Positions 14,926 through 29,045 of a DNA stretch of 64,000 nt are shown piece by piece (within the stretch, counting starts at the first letter, position 1; each line of letters starts with the position of its first letter). The notes beneath the pieces were generated by a model, which was not told the origin of the DNA, did no database searches, and worked only from the letters and a program-made list of their open reading frames with translations. The stretch comes from the human T2T-CHM13v2.0 reference genome, Homo sapiens, in assembly GCF_009914755.1 (NCBI RefSeq), contig NC_060925.1. The stretch is one strand, 5' to 3'. A program made the position numbers and the translations under genes.

Positions 14926-17900
14926 GTTTTAAAAATTGTGTTGGGAGGGGATGCAGGATAAAGCCCAGGGAATTAGATAGTCTCTTTGGCAGCATGCTCC
15001 TGGGATGAATAAGCAATTCAAGGAGAGAGTTCTAGATTTCCGGGGCCCAGAGGATGGGGAGGGTAGCAGTGGCGCCTGATTGGGTGGGTCAGAATGCCAG
15101 GCATTAGAAATAGAAGCAAAAAAACCTTTCAGAAGCCTTGGGAAATGACAATCTGAGTCAGAGGGAATTGGAACAAGCAATATCGAGATGCATTTAAATT
15201 TAATTTAAAAAGAAAAAAACAAGGCGCAAGCAAATATTGTTCCCATACATGTACTCATAACCCCCGACAAGCGTAGTTTGAGTTTGTGCGTGTATCTTGC
15301 AGTCCCACATCTTCTTTTGTCATATTTGCACTTGAGTGGGAGTTTGCCATATGGTGCCACTTGCTAAAGGGCACGGGGGGCAGGAACTAATTAAAAATAC
15401 TACCCCCACGAGACCCACATATCACATACACATGCATACACACAGAGACACAGACACAAACCCGCACAAACTCATTGCTCTAGGGAGATTTGCTATATTA
15501 GGCAGAACCTGGGAGCACAAGGCACAACAATAAAATGGTAATCATTGGAAAATGACTGCATGAAACAACGCAGACTCACTGCTCTACTTACCTAATTACT
15601 CTGCCCTTGAGATATTTTTGTTTAAAGCTACTAACATAAGAGTGGCATTGTCATAGCAACCTTCTGTTGGATGTTGTTGGGTAGTCTCCGAGCAGATTAA
15701 ATCACTCACAATTCTCATCAACAATGCTCTAGTGGGATAATTTCTAATAGCCCAGTGCATTTTCCCACTTGATCTTTCTATAATGTAGAGCGGAAACTGG
15801 ATGGTCATTGTCAAAAGGTCCCTGTCATTTCTATGTTTGTCTCCAACAGGGTTTCTAAGAGGCCACATTTCGGGTAGCAGCTGTGATTTACTGGGAGGAG
15901 CACTGGAACTGGAGTCAGAAGATCTGGACCCTAATTTTACTAGCTCAGCGATTTTCAATAATCCCCAACTTAACTTCCCTGAATCTCAGATTCCTCAGCT
16001 GAAAAACAGGCTCAAGATTGTTTTCCATCCTCTTACCGCACTCCCAGCCCACAGCTTGCTGTGAAAGCTTCATGAGAACATGTGTGCGGAAGCACATGAG
16101 CACTGACTGTGCTAGGGCCTGGGTCGGGGCAGAGGAGGTAGCTTTCCTGACATTTATGCCAGTTTTCTGAGCTTATAAGACATGGCCCATGAATATTTTT
16201 TCTTTTCTTGGGATCTCTAAAGATCTCTCACTCCATTCTGTTTATAAGTTTCTGTAGAAGCCATTCATTCCTTCCCTGATTATTAAAAGCAGATGAAAGA
16301 CTTCATATAGATTAAGAAAAATCCCCGGTTTGCTTTTTTGGATGAATAATCAAAGACTAATGTACTTCTTCTTCAAAGATCTCCAACAGCAAACTCATCT
16401 CCACTTCCTCCAAAGGAGGAAAAATAGACATATTTCCTTAATCAAAGTGTGGAATCATCTTGGAAATGGAATAAACATTGAAAATGGCAAGGGGCTATTG
16501 CTACTTGTCTCATGACATAAGCAGTCTCTCTCTTCGTAAGTTGGAAGGGCTTGGAATATAGCAGATGCTCAATAAATGCCTATTCTTTGGAGAAATAGCA
16601 GTGATTAGGGTCAGAGAAAGAAAGATAGGTGTCTAGATTAGCCGAGGGGAATGGAGTGCTTGAATAAAAGTAGAGTTTGAAAAAAAAAAAGAGAGAGGCA
16701 ACAAATTTCTCCCATTGTTAACACTTTCTCCTTTCATCGCACCTTTTACCCAGAATGACACAACAGAAAGACAAGGAATAAATAAGATAATACTGGAATT
16801 AATAACTTCTCTACCTCTGGGTTTGAGTAAGATACTAACTTTGCTTCTGGAATCATGACAGGATTTAAAATTGGAACTCATGATAGCATCGATGTCCAGA
16901 TGAAACATTTGAGGTTTCTGTATCACATTCTGCTCACATTCTCAATGCTCCTTCTTTCCCTCTCTTTCTTTTCATGTCACTATTTATATAAATGTCTATT
17001 TTTGAGATTAGGAGCCCTATCTTCTTTGCCTTCAAAACAGCCATGAAACTTAGCACTGAACTTTTTAAATAGAATTAGGCCAGGAAATATAGTTAATAAT
17101 AATCATGGTCACATTTTTCAATTACCTGACATTTAAAGTGAAAAACATCCTAGCTTCAAGACTTATTACCAAATATCTTTCTAAAATGCATTAGTCCATT
17201 TCTGCCTTAAGATGGAAAATGTGGAAAGCATAATTGAATCTCTGGTGACTCAGTAGCTTGAAGGAACATTAGCATGAATGTGAATTCTCATTTGTCAGTG
17301 CAATAGGGTCCTCAGAGGTAGGGTGAAGGGCTCAGAGATAGAGCTTGGGCCAACTATATGCTGATTTTAGATCCCTCTCTGGGTTTTAAAAAATAGGTCT
17401 CTGATGGAAATATTTTTCCCCATGACCTGCCTTTTTCTCCCAAAAGTTGAATACTGCTTCAACAGTACAACAACAACAAAAAAATAAGGTATATAGAGTT
17501 CAGCAAATACAGGCTTTACCTGCTCCCTTTCTTCTTCCAGCACATGAAGTGCAGTCATTTCTGTTTCTCTCTTGTATCCAAATAGTGAAGTCCCTATGCC
17601 ACATACTGTAACACCTACTGAGACCTGGTAGGACAAACCTACACAGAGTATCCTGAGACGTACTGTCAGTCTTTATTCATTCTACTCAGCTTCTGATTAA
17701 GCTTCCTAAAACAGACCTCAGTGATTCCCCCTCTATTTTATTGGGACAGAAAAGATATTTCTTAACAGGTGAGTCCTCTTATCTGCTCCTACCCCAAACT
17801 TAGTCCTTTGAAAAGAGTTCTGCCCTAGCCATTGTAGTTCTCAGGCTTTTGCGAAGCAAAACCAGATGACAAGTGCCTCAACTGGTCAAAGAAGAAGAAG

Positions 17901-18154
17901 GAGCATGGGAAAGAAAATATCAAGGTTTTTGAGACAGCTAGGTTTCTAGAGAGGAAATAAGTGGAATAGAGGAAGAGTTCAAAGTTGCTGAAGATGTAAG
18001 ATAAGTGGATAGGAGAAAAAGGAGCTCTCTAATAAACGCAGCTGTTGGTTATAAACTGGATAATGTTCAAGATTTGAATTTTCAATAATTTTTTCCTTGA
18101 TTTTCTGAGGATATTTAAAAGTGGCACCAAGAGGGGCCCTAGGATTAAAGTTTT

Positions 18155-18328
18155 ATGTATATATAGTTATCATTATATACATACAGTTATATAGATAGAT
18201 ATCTATCTATATGTGTGAATATATATATGGTTAGAGATCCATCTTTGTGTGTGTGTGTATATATGTATATGTGTATATGTGCATGTGTGTATATATATAT
18301 GTGTGTGTATATATATATATATATATAT
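18155..18328. repeat. (TA)n/(TG)n/(GATA) simple repeat
   Basis: Read directly; includes a perfect 24-bp palindrome at 18189-18212. Confidence 0.9.
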
Positions 18329-18518
18329 GCTCTATTTCTTGAAATCCTAGTCATACTTTAAGGACTGCTTAAAATGACACACCTATAAAATCCTTCCTGT
18401 TGTTTTCTAAATGGATATTATCTCAATCTCTCTCTTTCTCTTGCTCCATTGAACACCCTTAGCATTTTGTACCTATCCATTTATGACACTCACCTGATAC
18501 TATTCTGTATTGTATTAT

Positions 18519-18843
<325 letters not shown>

Positions 18844-19234
18844 TAACTTTACTTGCTACTTCTTCCTGTCATAAGACTGTAAAGTGCTTTGGAGGACAGA
18901 TTGCAACTGCTCATCTGTGTAGTCTGCACTATAAAACTATTGAATTGAATTTAGTTAAAATGGGCAAAGGTAAATTCTGATACAGTGTGGGTGTTTTGCA
19001 GGCTCTCTCAAACTAGCTTCTCATCTCGTATTCCCTCAGTAAATAGTACCTCCACCCATTCAACTGCTCAAGTTTGAAATGTAGGATAATGTTTTGATGC
19101 CTCCTTTTCTCTCAGTTTCCAAACACAATAGATCAAAAATACAGATTGATTTTACCTCCAAAATATTTCTTTGATCCAACTAGTTTTCCTCATTCCCATT
19201 GTCATTATTCTAGTCCATGATCCACACGTATTCT

Positions 19235-19782
19235 CCTGCAAAGGACCAGACAGGGAATATTTTAGGGGTTCAGGACCACATATGGGCTCTGTTACATATT
19301 CTTCATTTTTGTTATTATTGTTTTAACAAGTGTCTTAGTCAATTTAGGCTGCTACAACAAAGTACCAGAGAATGGGTGGCTTATAAACAACCACAATTTA
19401 TTTTGTACAGTTCTGGAGGACGATAGTTCAAGATCAGGGTGCCAGCATGGGCAGTTCTGATGAGGACCTTCTTCTGGGTTGCAGCTTCCCAGTTTCTCCT
19501 TGTATCCTTATATGGTGGAAAGAGGGTGAGAATCCCTTCTGGGATTTCTTCTGTAAGGGCACTAATCCCATTAATAAAGGTCCCATCATCATGTCCCATT
19601 ACCTCCAAAAGGCCCCTCCTCCTAATAGCATCACACTGGGGGCTAGGGCTTCAACATATGAATTTAGAAGAGGCAGGTCACAAGCATTCAGTACATTGCA
19701 ACAGCCCTTTAAAAATGAAAAATTTTTCTTTGTCTTTGGGCCATACAGAAACAGGCTGTAGGCTGTGGTTTGCCGACCCCTG
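19235..19782. mobile_element. MER58-like hAT element with a nested MST/MLT1A LTR (19331-19700, minus)
   Basis: MER58-like ends ('aaggaccagacagggaatattttagg', 'gtggtttgccgacccctg') flank an LTR running 'tgtcttagtc...cattgca'. Confidence 0.7.
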
Positions 19783-20229
19783 CTTCAGTCTGAGCCACCC
19801 TAGTCCCGCACCAGACCAATGCATCACTTTCTATCTGCTCTCCCCTCTTCTATGCTACCCTGCAATTAATGTTCCAGAATGATGTTTTAAACATGCAAAT
19901 CTGATCCTTTTGTCTCTCTGTTTAAAGTCTTACGGTGGCTCTTTACTCTTAAGGAAAGATGAAAATCCTTAGCACAGTCAACTGGGCTCTTCATAGGTGG
20001 CTTCTTCCTTCATCTGTCACTACATTAATTATTAATTGCTCCTTTCTTTGACTCTGACATTTTCACTCTTGCCTGCTAACTTTTGAATATGATATTTCTT
20101 CTACCTGGAAAATCCTGCCTCTTCCATCCTTTTGCCTATTAATGTTTACTATTCTTTCAAACTTCAACACAACTGTAATGGTAATTGATTAGATTCATTT
20201 ATTATGTATTCCCATTGAGCCCTTGTCAT

Positions 20230-21130
20230 TACATTGGATTCCAGAGAAGCAGACCTTGAGAGGAGGATTCATGTGCAAGTGCCCGCAGGAGAAACCATAA
20301 AGAAGTGCGTGTGAAGAGTAAGCGTAGGGAAGCCCAGTGTGTTCTTCTGGATCCTCTGAGGAGCAGATGCCTAGATGGAATTAAGCATCTGAGGATTTTA
20401 TCAGGGAAATACCTATAAAAGTAAATTGGCAGAGGGTAATCAGGATGGGCTGGAAAAGCCATAAGGCTGTGATACAGGTCTGAGCCCATGTGAAGGAAGA
20501 AGGCAATGAAGGGTCGTGGGAGCATCCTAGACCCCTCTTCAGTCTAAGAAAAATTGGCTGAGGCTGTCAAATAGTTGTTGAGCCAAAGTTACCTGTCATG
20601 GGAATCCTAGGCCTCCTGGGAATGGGCCTGTCTTAGTGTCCCTGCCACGCTCAGTTGTTGGCTGGGAACAGCCTGGGGGAAGTGCAGCCCTGAGACAAAC
20701 TCAGTGATGGAGTTCAGAAGCAGCAGCTGGGGCCATCAGTCAATTATGCTCTTTATAGCTGGAGGTCGGTGAGGTGCATTCTTAATGGCCACAACATCCA
20801 GCAAGGGTTCAGTCATCAAAGGCTCATGCTCAGCCTAATCAAGAGAACTCTGTAGTGTAAATGCTGCCCCTAACTTTGTTTTTCCAGAAGGCAAGGAGGC
20901 TGGGATTTTAGACTCTCCTACCAATCATTGGATAGGGGCACTTAAACTCCTAGGCAACTCCCACTTTCTATGCTTGCAGGCAATCCACTCCAGTGTTCTG
21001 AAGGCAGCCGTCCAGAAAATGATCAAGTGCAGTCAATTGGAAGCAAAGGCCCTCAGAAGCTGGGAGAGAAGTTCACAGAAACAATTCAAAGGTTTCAAAA
21101 GAATCTTGTCACAGCACCAATAGTGTCCAG
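20230..21130. mobile_element. ERVL LTR16-like fragments
   Basis: 'ggattccagagaagcagaccttgaga' and a second 'gatcctctgaggagcagatgcc' start; family assignment tentative. Confidence 0.5.
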
Positions 21131-21999
21131 TACAATTCTGTTCCTCCTCTTTTGTTTTCAACACCCTTGAAATGATGTGTTACTTAATATCTGTATTTTG
21201 TGCTACATTAGAATCTCCATGAGATTAGGGATTATATCTGTCTTGTTCCCTGGGACTAACATAATACCTGAAACAGCAGAAACTCAATAGCTGTTGAATT
21301 CTTCATAGAACTAACCAGAAACCTGCTTTGATTATACAGACTAAATTGAAGTAATTTTGCCATCGATTGGAAAATTAATAAACTAAAAAAGACTTATGAG
21401 CAAAGGCACCCTCAGCCTTACTATGTCTGTCTAATCCTTGTGCTATCAGGCTTCCCCAGGCCTTTTCACTCTTGAATGCTGGTAATAATATTTGGAGTTC
21501 AGGTAATGCAGCTGGAGCTTTATTCCATTTACTGCATTCTCACTGCTTCTAGCAACCTCTTAAGGCAATCAAGAGTCAAATAAGCTGTCACTTCCTGTAT
21601 TTCCATCTATGGCCACAACAGTTGACTCTCCAATACTGATATACTGAAAGAACCGACCTTAAGAAATCACTTATCTCATTTGTTCTCCACCTCTTCAGAT
21701 GTTTTTGGCTGCTGGGTCAGTTAAGGGCATTAGAGAACGGTTGCTTCATAGTCACTCCATTATTCCCTCTGATAGTCAGTCTGCTTTATGATGAAATGAA
21801 GAGAAACTGGATTTATAAGTCAAATAATCTCCTTTCAAGTTTTTATCCTGTCACTTGCTAGTTGTGTGATTTGGGACAAATCATTTAACTCCTTGTAAAG
21901 GGAGAGAAGAAAGGCTGTAAAAAAATTAAGTAATAAAAAGATAAACTCCTTGTGGTATATTTTGTTATTGTTCAAAAATATTTATTGCCCCTCTTAGGA

Positions 22000-22411
22000 T
22001 GTCTTAGGTCATTCTTGCATTGCTATAAAGAAATACCCAAGTCTGGGTAATTTATAAAGAATAGAGGTTAAATTGGCTCACAGTTCTGCAGGCTGCACAG
22101 GAAGCATCCCACTGGCGTCTACTCACTTCTGGTGAGGACTCAGAAAGCTTTTGCTTATGACAGCAGGCTAAGTGAGAGCAGGTGTCTCACATGGCAGAGG
22201 GGGAGCAAGAGAGAGAGCGAGTGGGAGGTTCCACACATTTTTAAACAATCAGATCTCATGGGAACTCACTCATCAAGAAGGGGATGGTGCTAAGTCATTC
22301 ATGAGAGATCCACCCCCTTGATCCAAACATCTCCCACCAGGCCCCACCTCCAATGCTGGGGATTACATTTCAACACGGGATTCGGTGGGGACACAAATCC
22401 AAACCATATCG
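22000..22411 (-). mobile_element. MSTA/B solo LTR
   Basis: 'tgtcttaggtcattcttgcattgctataaagaaatacc...aaaccatatc'; TSD TAGGA/TAGGG. Confidence 0.9.
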
Positions 22412-23427
22412 TAGGGGAAAGATTGTATTTACATGCATTTTTGACATCAAGTTTGCCCAATGAAATATATAATGAAATATAAGCAGAACTAATGTTTGTT
22501 CCTTCTAAACAGAAGCTTTCAGAGACAATGCATATTGCACTATGCTTTCTCTTTGTCTCTGCTATGAGTATCAGCCATGTTTCAGACAGAGGCTGTTCCA
22601 ATAACCTGGACTCTGCAGCAAAGACAACAATGAACAACACAGTCATATTTGATATAAAAGGACATGCAACGAACAAGAAATGAGCCTTTGTTCTTTCAAG
22701 TGTACTGTGATTTGGGGGTTGTTTGTTACTGCAATTTAAGCTAGTTTGTCCTGATTGATACACATTTCTTAGTTTTCTCCTCTGTAAAACATATGTTAAA
22801 ATAATTCTTAATCTTCAAATTTGTTCATTCAGCAACTCTTTAGCTTGATCTTACTAAATTCAAGATACATGCTAGAAACCAGTAGGTTCCACAAAATTGA
22901 AATGGTGTCAGCCTCTTGTTATCGATAAGTTTATAAAATAATAAAAAGAACAGTAGTATATACATAATTAAATATATGTCAGAAATTGCTCAATACTACC
23001 AGATAGGAAGTGATAAAAATACTTTGGAAAATTAAAAGAAAGAGGTCCCTTTTTAACTGATAGCTTCAGAAACTCTTCCTTTAGGAGTATTGAGTTTGAA
23101 GGTTGGACAGCACCAAACTTGGGAAGCTAAAGTGGAGGAGGTTTTTCCTCCTAGTAGAAATGACTTGGGTATCAGGAAGCACAGATCATTTAAAGAGAAA
23201 AATATTTTAGTGATTTTAGTGTTTGTGAAGGGAGTAGAAATTAATATAGAATAGTACTTGGATGTCATGTGTTGAATAGTCTTAGCTAAGAAATTTGAAC
23301 TTTATTTTGTAGAAACTTAGTATTACTAACTTTCTGAGGCAGAGTATGACAGTAGTTTGTTAAATTAATTAGAAAGAGAGAAGTTAACATGGAAGCCCAC
23401 TTAGAATATTATTGCTGTTTTGTAGAC

Positions 23428-23590
23428 TAGCAGTCAGCATTTTTTTTTTGTAAAAGGCCAGAAAGTAAATATTTTAGGCTTTGTGAGTCATATAGCCTGT
23501 GTTGCAACTTCTCTACTCTGCCATCATAGCATGAAAGCAGACATAGACAAAAATTAAATAAATTAGCATAATTGTGTTCCAATAAAACTT
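23428..23590. mobile_element. MER58A fragment
   Basis: 'tgtaaaaggccagaaagtaaatattttaggctttg...gtgttccaataaaacttta'. Confidence 0.75.
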
Positions 23591-24479
23591 TAGGGCTTTC
23601 ATAGAATGTCCTGAAGGAATGGAAAACTCCCCTTGCCTTCCTTCCCTCCAGAGGCTTCATGTCACTCTGTACTATGCACTAATATTCTGCATGAAGACTT
23701 CCTTTAAAACAGGGTCATTTCTGCTTAAAAGAGAAATGATGACATCTGTTCCAGGGGAGAAAGTCTAAAAAGTAAAGAGAATCTAAACTAGGGCAGTGAA
23801 GGATGGAGAGGAGGAACAGAGTGAGAAATATTGATAGAGGGTGGATTTACGGGAATAAAGAACACTAAAGGCAGAGTAGCTTTGAGAGGGGAAAATTATT
23901 TCAATTCTGAACATATTGAGTTTGATGTGAAAGGCAAATGAGATAATGTAGTAAAAGGTGCTTCACAAACTGAGAAGTGAAATGGAAGGGTTGTTTTAAA
24001 AGGAAATGGCTGAAACAATTTTATGACTCAACACAAACCCAATCAACACTCCTGCAAAAACAATCAAAGCCCATGAGCTATATAGATTGTGGGACAGTCC
24101 TATTCAATTTCTAGGTCAACATCATGGCATTATGATATTATTTTTATCTCTACTATTTCCTTTGAAATGAAGGGCAGCTGTTCCAATAGACTGATGTAGG
24201 TAAATACATTTACCTGTTTACTCATGAGCCTAGATAGAACTGCTAAAAGAGTTGCAAAGCTATTTGTCTGCAAATCTTTAGTGGGTGAGATATTTAGTTC
24301 AGGAGTGAGGGATAAAATTTGATAAGCCCTCCTCAGCTTGGTTCTCCTTATTAGTTTTTTTTTTTCAGTGTTTCTTTAAAACTTGACCTTTATAGAAACA
24401 GATAAGATTACTTCTTCGTACCTTAATTATCAAGTCAAATGATAAGTTAAAAAAATGCAGCTTTTAAAGGTTTGTACTC

Positions 24480-24867
24480 GCGATAGTTTGCTGAGAATGA
24501 TGGTTTCCAGCTTCATCCATGTCCCTACAAACGACATGAACTCATCATTTTTTATGGCTGCATACTCTCACAAGGACAAAAAACCAAACACCGCATGTTC
24601 TCACTCATAGGTGGGAATTGAACAATGAGAACACATGGACACAGGAAGGGGAACATCACACACCGGGGCCTGTTGTGGGGTGGGGGGAGTGGGGAGGGAT
24701 AGCGTTTGGAGACATACCTAATGTTAAATGACGAGTTACTGGGTGCAGCACACCAACATGGTATATGTATACATGTGTAACTAACCTGCACATTGTGCAC
24801 ATGTACCCTAAAACGTAAAGTATAATAAAAAAAATAAAATTTAAAAAATAATAATAAAAAATAAAAT
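24480..24867 (+). mobile_element. Short L1PA element with 5' inversion (twin priming)
   Basis: 24480-24564 is antisense L1, ~24565-24867 is sense 3'UTR plus A tail; TSD AAA(G/A)GTTTGTACTC at 24466-24479 and 24868-24881. Confidence 0.92.
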
Positions 24868-25329
24868 AAAAGTTTGTACTCATAGGAATTCATTTACTGG
24901 GAGGAACTACTGTATGCATTTGTAAAACTTAAAGAATTGTCCTTTCCTTATTATCTTGCCTTACTTTAACTTTTTAGTTATATTAATGCCAGTTGAAGAC
25001 TGAAGATTAAAGTCATTAGATAATTCACTGACACCAGAGACATTGACTCCATCATCTTGCTTCCCTGAAAGGAAGGAAGCAATGTACACATGCTAACCAT
25101 TGTTAGAACGAGCAAGCTCATGAGATAGGAAACTTCTAATAACTTATTATGGCAAGGAAAAGAAGCAAAACCAGCAACAAGTAGCATTACATGGTGGTTA
25201 AGAGCCTGGCCTCTGGAGCCAAGCAGGCTGAGCTTGCCCTGTTATTTCTTAGCTATGTAACTGTTAAGCAAATCACTTAACTTCTTTGTGCCTCAGGTTC
25301 ATCATTTGTTAAGTAAGAAAATAATACCT

Positions 25330-25625
25330 GGCCAGGTGCGGTAGCTCACGCCTGTAATCCCAGCACTTTGGGAGGCCGAGGCGGGTGAACCATTTGCGGT
25401 CAGGAGTTCAAGACCAGCCTGAGCAACATGGTGAAACCCCATCTCTACTAAAAATACAAAATTAGACAGGCATGGTGATACACGCCTGTAATCCCAGCTA
25501 CTTCGGAGGCCGAGGCAGGAGAATCACTTGAACCTGCTGGGGGTGGAGGTTGCAGGGAGCAAGATCATGCCATTGCACTCCAGCCCAGGCAACAAGAGCG
25601 AAATGTCATCTCAGAAAAAAAAAAA
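25330..25625 (+). mobile_element. AluS element next to a MIR fragment
   Basis: GGCCAGGTGCGGTAGCTCACGCC start, dimeric body, A tail; MIR remnant ~25190-25329. Confidence 0.95.
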
Positions 25626-25627
25626 GG

Positions 25628-25632
<5 letters not shown>

Positions 25633-25688
<56 letters not shown>

Positions 25689-26198
25689 TATATATATACA
25701 CATATATATACACATATATACATATATACACATATATATACACATATATACACATACATATGTACACATATATATACACATATGTATACACATATATACA
25801 CACATATATACACATATATACACATATATACACACATATATACACACATATATACACATATACACATATATACACATATATACACATATATACACATATA
25901 TACATATATACACATATATACACATATATACACATATATACATATATACACATATATACATATATACACATATATATAATATACACACATATATATACAC
26001 ATATATACACACATATATACACATATATACACATATATACACATATATACATATATACACATATATATACATATATACACATATATACATATATACACAT
26101 ATATACATATATACACACATATATACACATACATATACACACACATAGATATACATATATATACACATATATATACGTATATATATGTATATATATAT
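25633..26198. repeat. ~566-bp (TA)n / (TATATACACA)n microsatellite
   Basis: Read directly; explains the low-complexity YIHT/VCIY ORFs. Confidence 0.95.
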
Positions 26199-27044
26199 GC
26201 TCCAGAGTTCATAAGAGGTAGCAGTTGATTACCACTGGGGATAGAGGAAAAGAGAGTTTGACAGCAGTGTATTGTGAGAAGGACATTTCAGGTTGATGGC
26301 AAATAGTAGGGGAAATACATAAATGTGTAATAAAACCTATCTGTAAGGTAGTTAAGAAGGTAACACTATATATATATATATATAGTGAAAGCAGTGTAAA
26401 CCTAAAGGATGGGCCAAGGATTTAAATGTTATAGAAGAATGGCTAAGATGCCAAAGCTCAGTGTATGTGGCAGAGGCATGGTGGAGGGTGTGTCCAGGTT
26501 CATATATTGCATTAAGTGTGAGAAACCCTGGAGTATGAACCAAGAAAATGCAAAAGCCAGAAGTGATGGAGGAAATGAGACACAATAATGAAGATATTGA
26601 GAGGAGGGTGTGGGCCTAGAGTGAAGCTTTTCGTGCCAGTACTTCTTTTGAAGGCCCAGTTCTCTTCTCTCTCGGGGGCTCCTTCATCTCTCATAGAGTC
26701 CACAGCTTTTAAGGGCCAACACTTGAGGTCAGCCTGGCTCTCTCATTTGAGCTGGATAGAACATTTTAGAGCACCATCTATTCTTCAAGAGGAAGTTTAA
26801 AAATAAAAGAACCTTGAAGAGGAAAAAATGTAGACATTCAATCTAACCTTTTCATTTTACTAGCCAAAGCTAAATAGAATGCAGGTTACCTGTTTTTCAG
26901 CCAGGCACCATCATTTCCTAATTGTTATAAAATTTATTATTATTGTTGTTATTATTATTATTTGCCATAAGAAGTTTCCCATATCCTTTTAGTATAACAA
27001 AAACACAATTCACAAGCATTATAAAACCCATGGTGTCTAACTAT

Positions 27045-27210
27045 TAAAAAAATTAAGTGGAACACACTTGTCCCAGCTACTGGGGAGGCTGAGGAGGGAG
27101 GATCACGTGATCCCAGGGGGTCAAGGTTATGGAGAGCTATGATTGTGCCACTGCACTCCAGCCTGGGTGACAGGGAAAGACCCTGTCTCTAAAATTTTTT
27201 TTAAAAAAAC
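27045..27210 (+). mobile_element. Old Alu monomer (AluJ right arm/FRAM-like)
   Basis: 'gtcccagctactggggaggctgag...gctatgattgtgccactgcactccagcctggg'. Confidence 0.8.
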
Positions 27211-28656
27211 TAAACTGGTTTTATTACAGAGATTCTGGAGACAGCTACACATAAAAGGGTGGTATGCCTCATATTAGCTACCCAGGGAGGTGGAATGCCA
27301 ACTTAGGTGGTGTCACCACTATTAAAAATGCCCCAAAGCAATCAAAACTGAGAACTTCCTGGGAGCTTAGCATTGTGCAAAAGCAGCACAAAACACTTAA
27401 ACAATTCACAGTTGTGTTGGAATGGGAAGGCCTGGAAATATAAACCAAAGAGTATATTGTCTAAATTGATAGAGATTACAATTGCCTGAAAGAAAAAGTT
27501 GACTTTTAACTAGAATGTTCAGAGTAGGTTTACAGAAGAAGCTCTTAAACTGGGCTCCAGTGGATTTGTCAATGCTTTGGAAGCTGGTGGGGTGGGAGGG
27601 TTGGAGGGGGCATAAAAAGTCATGTTGGTATGCTCTGCTCAAGTCTCCATTCTGTTTCCTTTTCCTCTTTTCAATGTCATGTCCCATTATTTCATTATGG
27701 GCTTCCCTTTATCCAGGATCAATATGCCACCTCTTGGTTGTCTTTTACCTACTTCTCCACCTCACTATGGAATCGTCCTTGGGTAGCTCCTGTGCTTGGG
27801 AACCTGCACGGGCACTTTTCTGATGTCTTGATTCCAGCTTTACTCCTAAAACTTAAATGCTGAGGGGCCAACACCATGGCAGTGGTAGGGATGGGAATGG
27901 GGGTCTTGTAACACACTACATAAACTACACGAAATAAACTACATGAAACTCAACATGTTTGCAAGACTCAGTTCACATCCATGAGGAGCTCATGCTTCTC
28001 CCTCCTGCTCCCCTAGCACACATGATTATCTCTATTTGGAAATGTTTGGCATTTTTGGTGAAGTGAATGGTTCAATAACTTTCTCCACCATCAGAACAAA
28101 AGCTCTTTAAGGTTAGGGATGGGATCATACACACTTCCCTTGTCCAAGTCCCCATCACCCCTTATCTAGACAATTGCTACAGTTTCCTACACACTCTTCT
28201 AACCTCTTGCAGTCTATTTTCATAAAACAGCTAGAGAACTTTGAGATGTAAGTCAAAAAATAGAACATGTCGCTCTTTCCCATTGTTTTTGAAATAAAGT
28301 TCAACCCCCTTACCAGGGTCAACAAGGCCCTGCAATGATCTGGTCCTGTTAAAAATTCTTTAGCCTTAACTCATGCTGTTTTTCCTTACACTCACTGCAT
28401 TCTAGCCATTGAGGTTTCTATGCATCAAACTTTTTTTGGTCCCAGCACTGTGCACATCCTTCTGGGTAGAATGCCCCTTGATTTGTATAATTAGCACCTC
28501 CTTCATCATTTAGGTCTTAGTATAACTACTACCTTCTTAGAGAAGCTCTGCTTCTTCATCCTATAAAAAAGTAAAATTCCTTACCCTGTTATTTTTTAAG
28601 TCATCCGTGTTTCATTCTGTTAAAGTTCTTATCACAATTTATCATTATTTTATTTA

Positions 28657-29045
28657 CAGTCATGTGCCACATAACAATGTTTCAGTCAGGGATAGAACAC
28701 AAATGTATCTGGCCCCATAATATTATAAGCTGAGAAATTTCTATTAACTAGTGATATCGCAGCCATCATAAGTGTAATGCAGGACATTACCTTTTCTATG
28801 TTTAGATATGTTAGATACACAAATATATTTCATTGTGTTATAATTTCCTACAGTATTCAGTACAGTAACATGCTGTACAGGTTTGTAACCTAGGAGTAAT
28901 AGGCTATACCATACAGCTTAGGTGTGTAGTAGGCTATAACCATCTAGGTTTGTGTAAGTACATTCTATGATATTCCCACAATGATGAAATCACCTAACTA
29001 CACATTTCTCAGAATGTTTCACTGTTGTGAAGTGACCCATGACTA
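28657..29045 (+). mobile_element. Tigger3-family MITE
   Basis: TA-flanked terminal inverted repeats CAGTCATG...CATGACT. Confidence 0.8.

Noticed and set aside
19439-19882. 147-aa ORF
   Set aside because: GTG start within MaLR LTR/MER58 sequence; no splice or domain support.
25528-26221. 178-223 aa ORFs on both strands
   Set aside because: Translations of an Alu end plus microsatellite.
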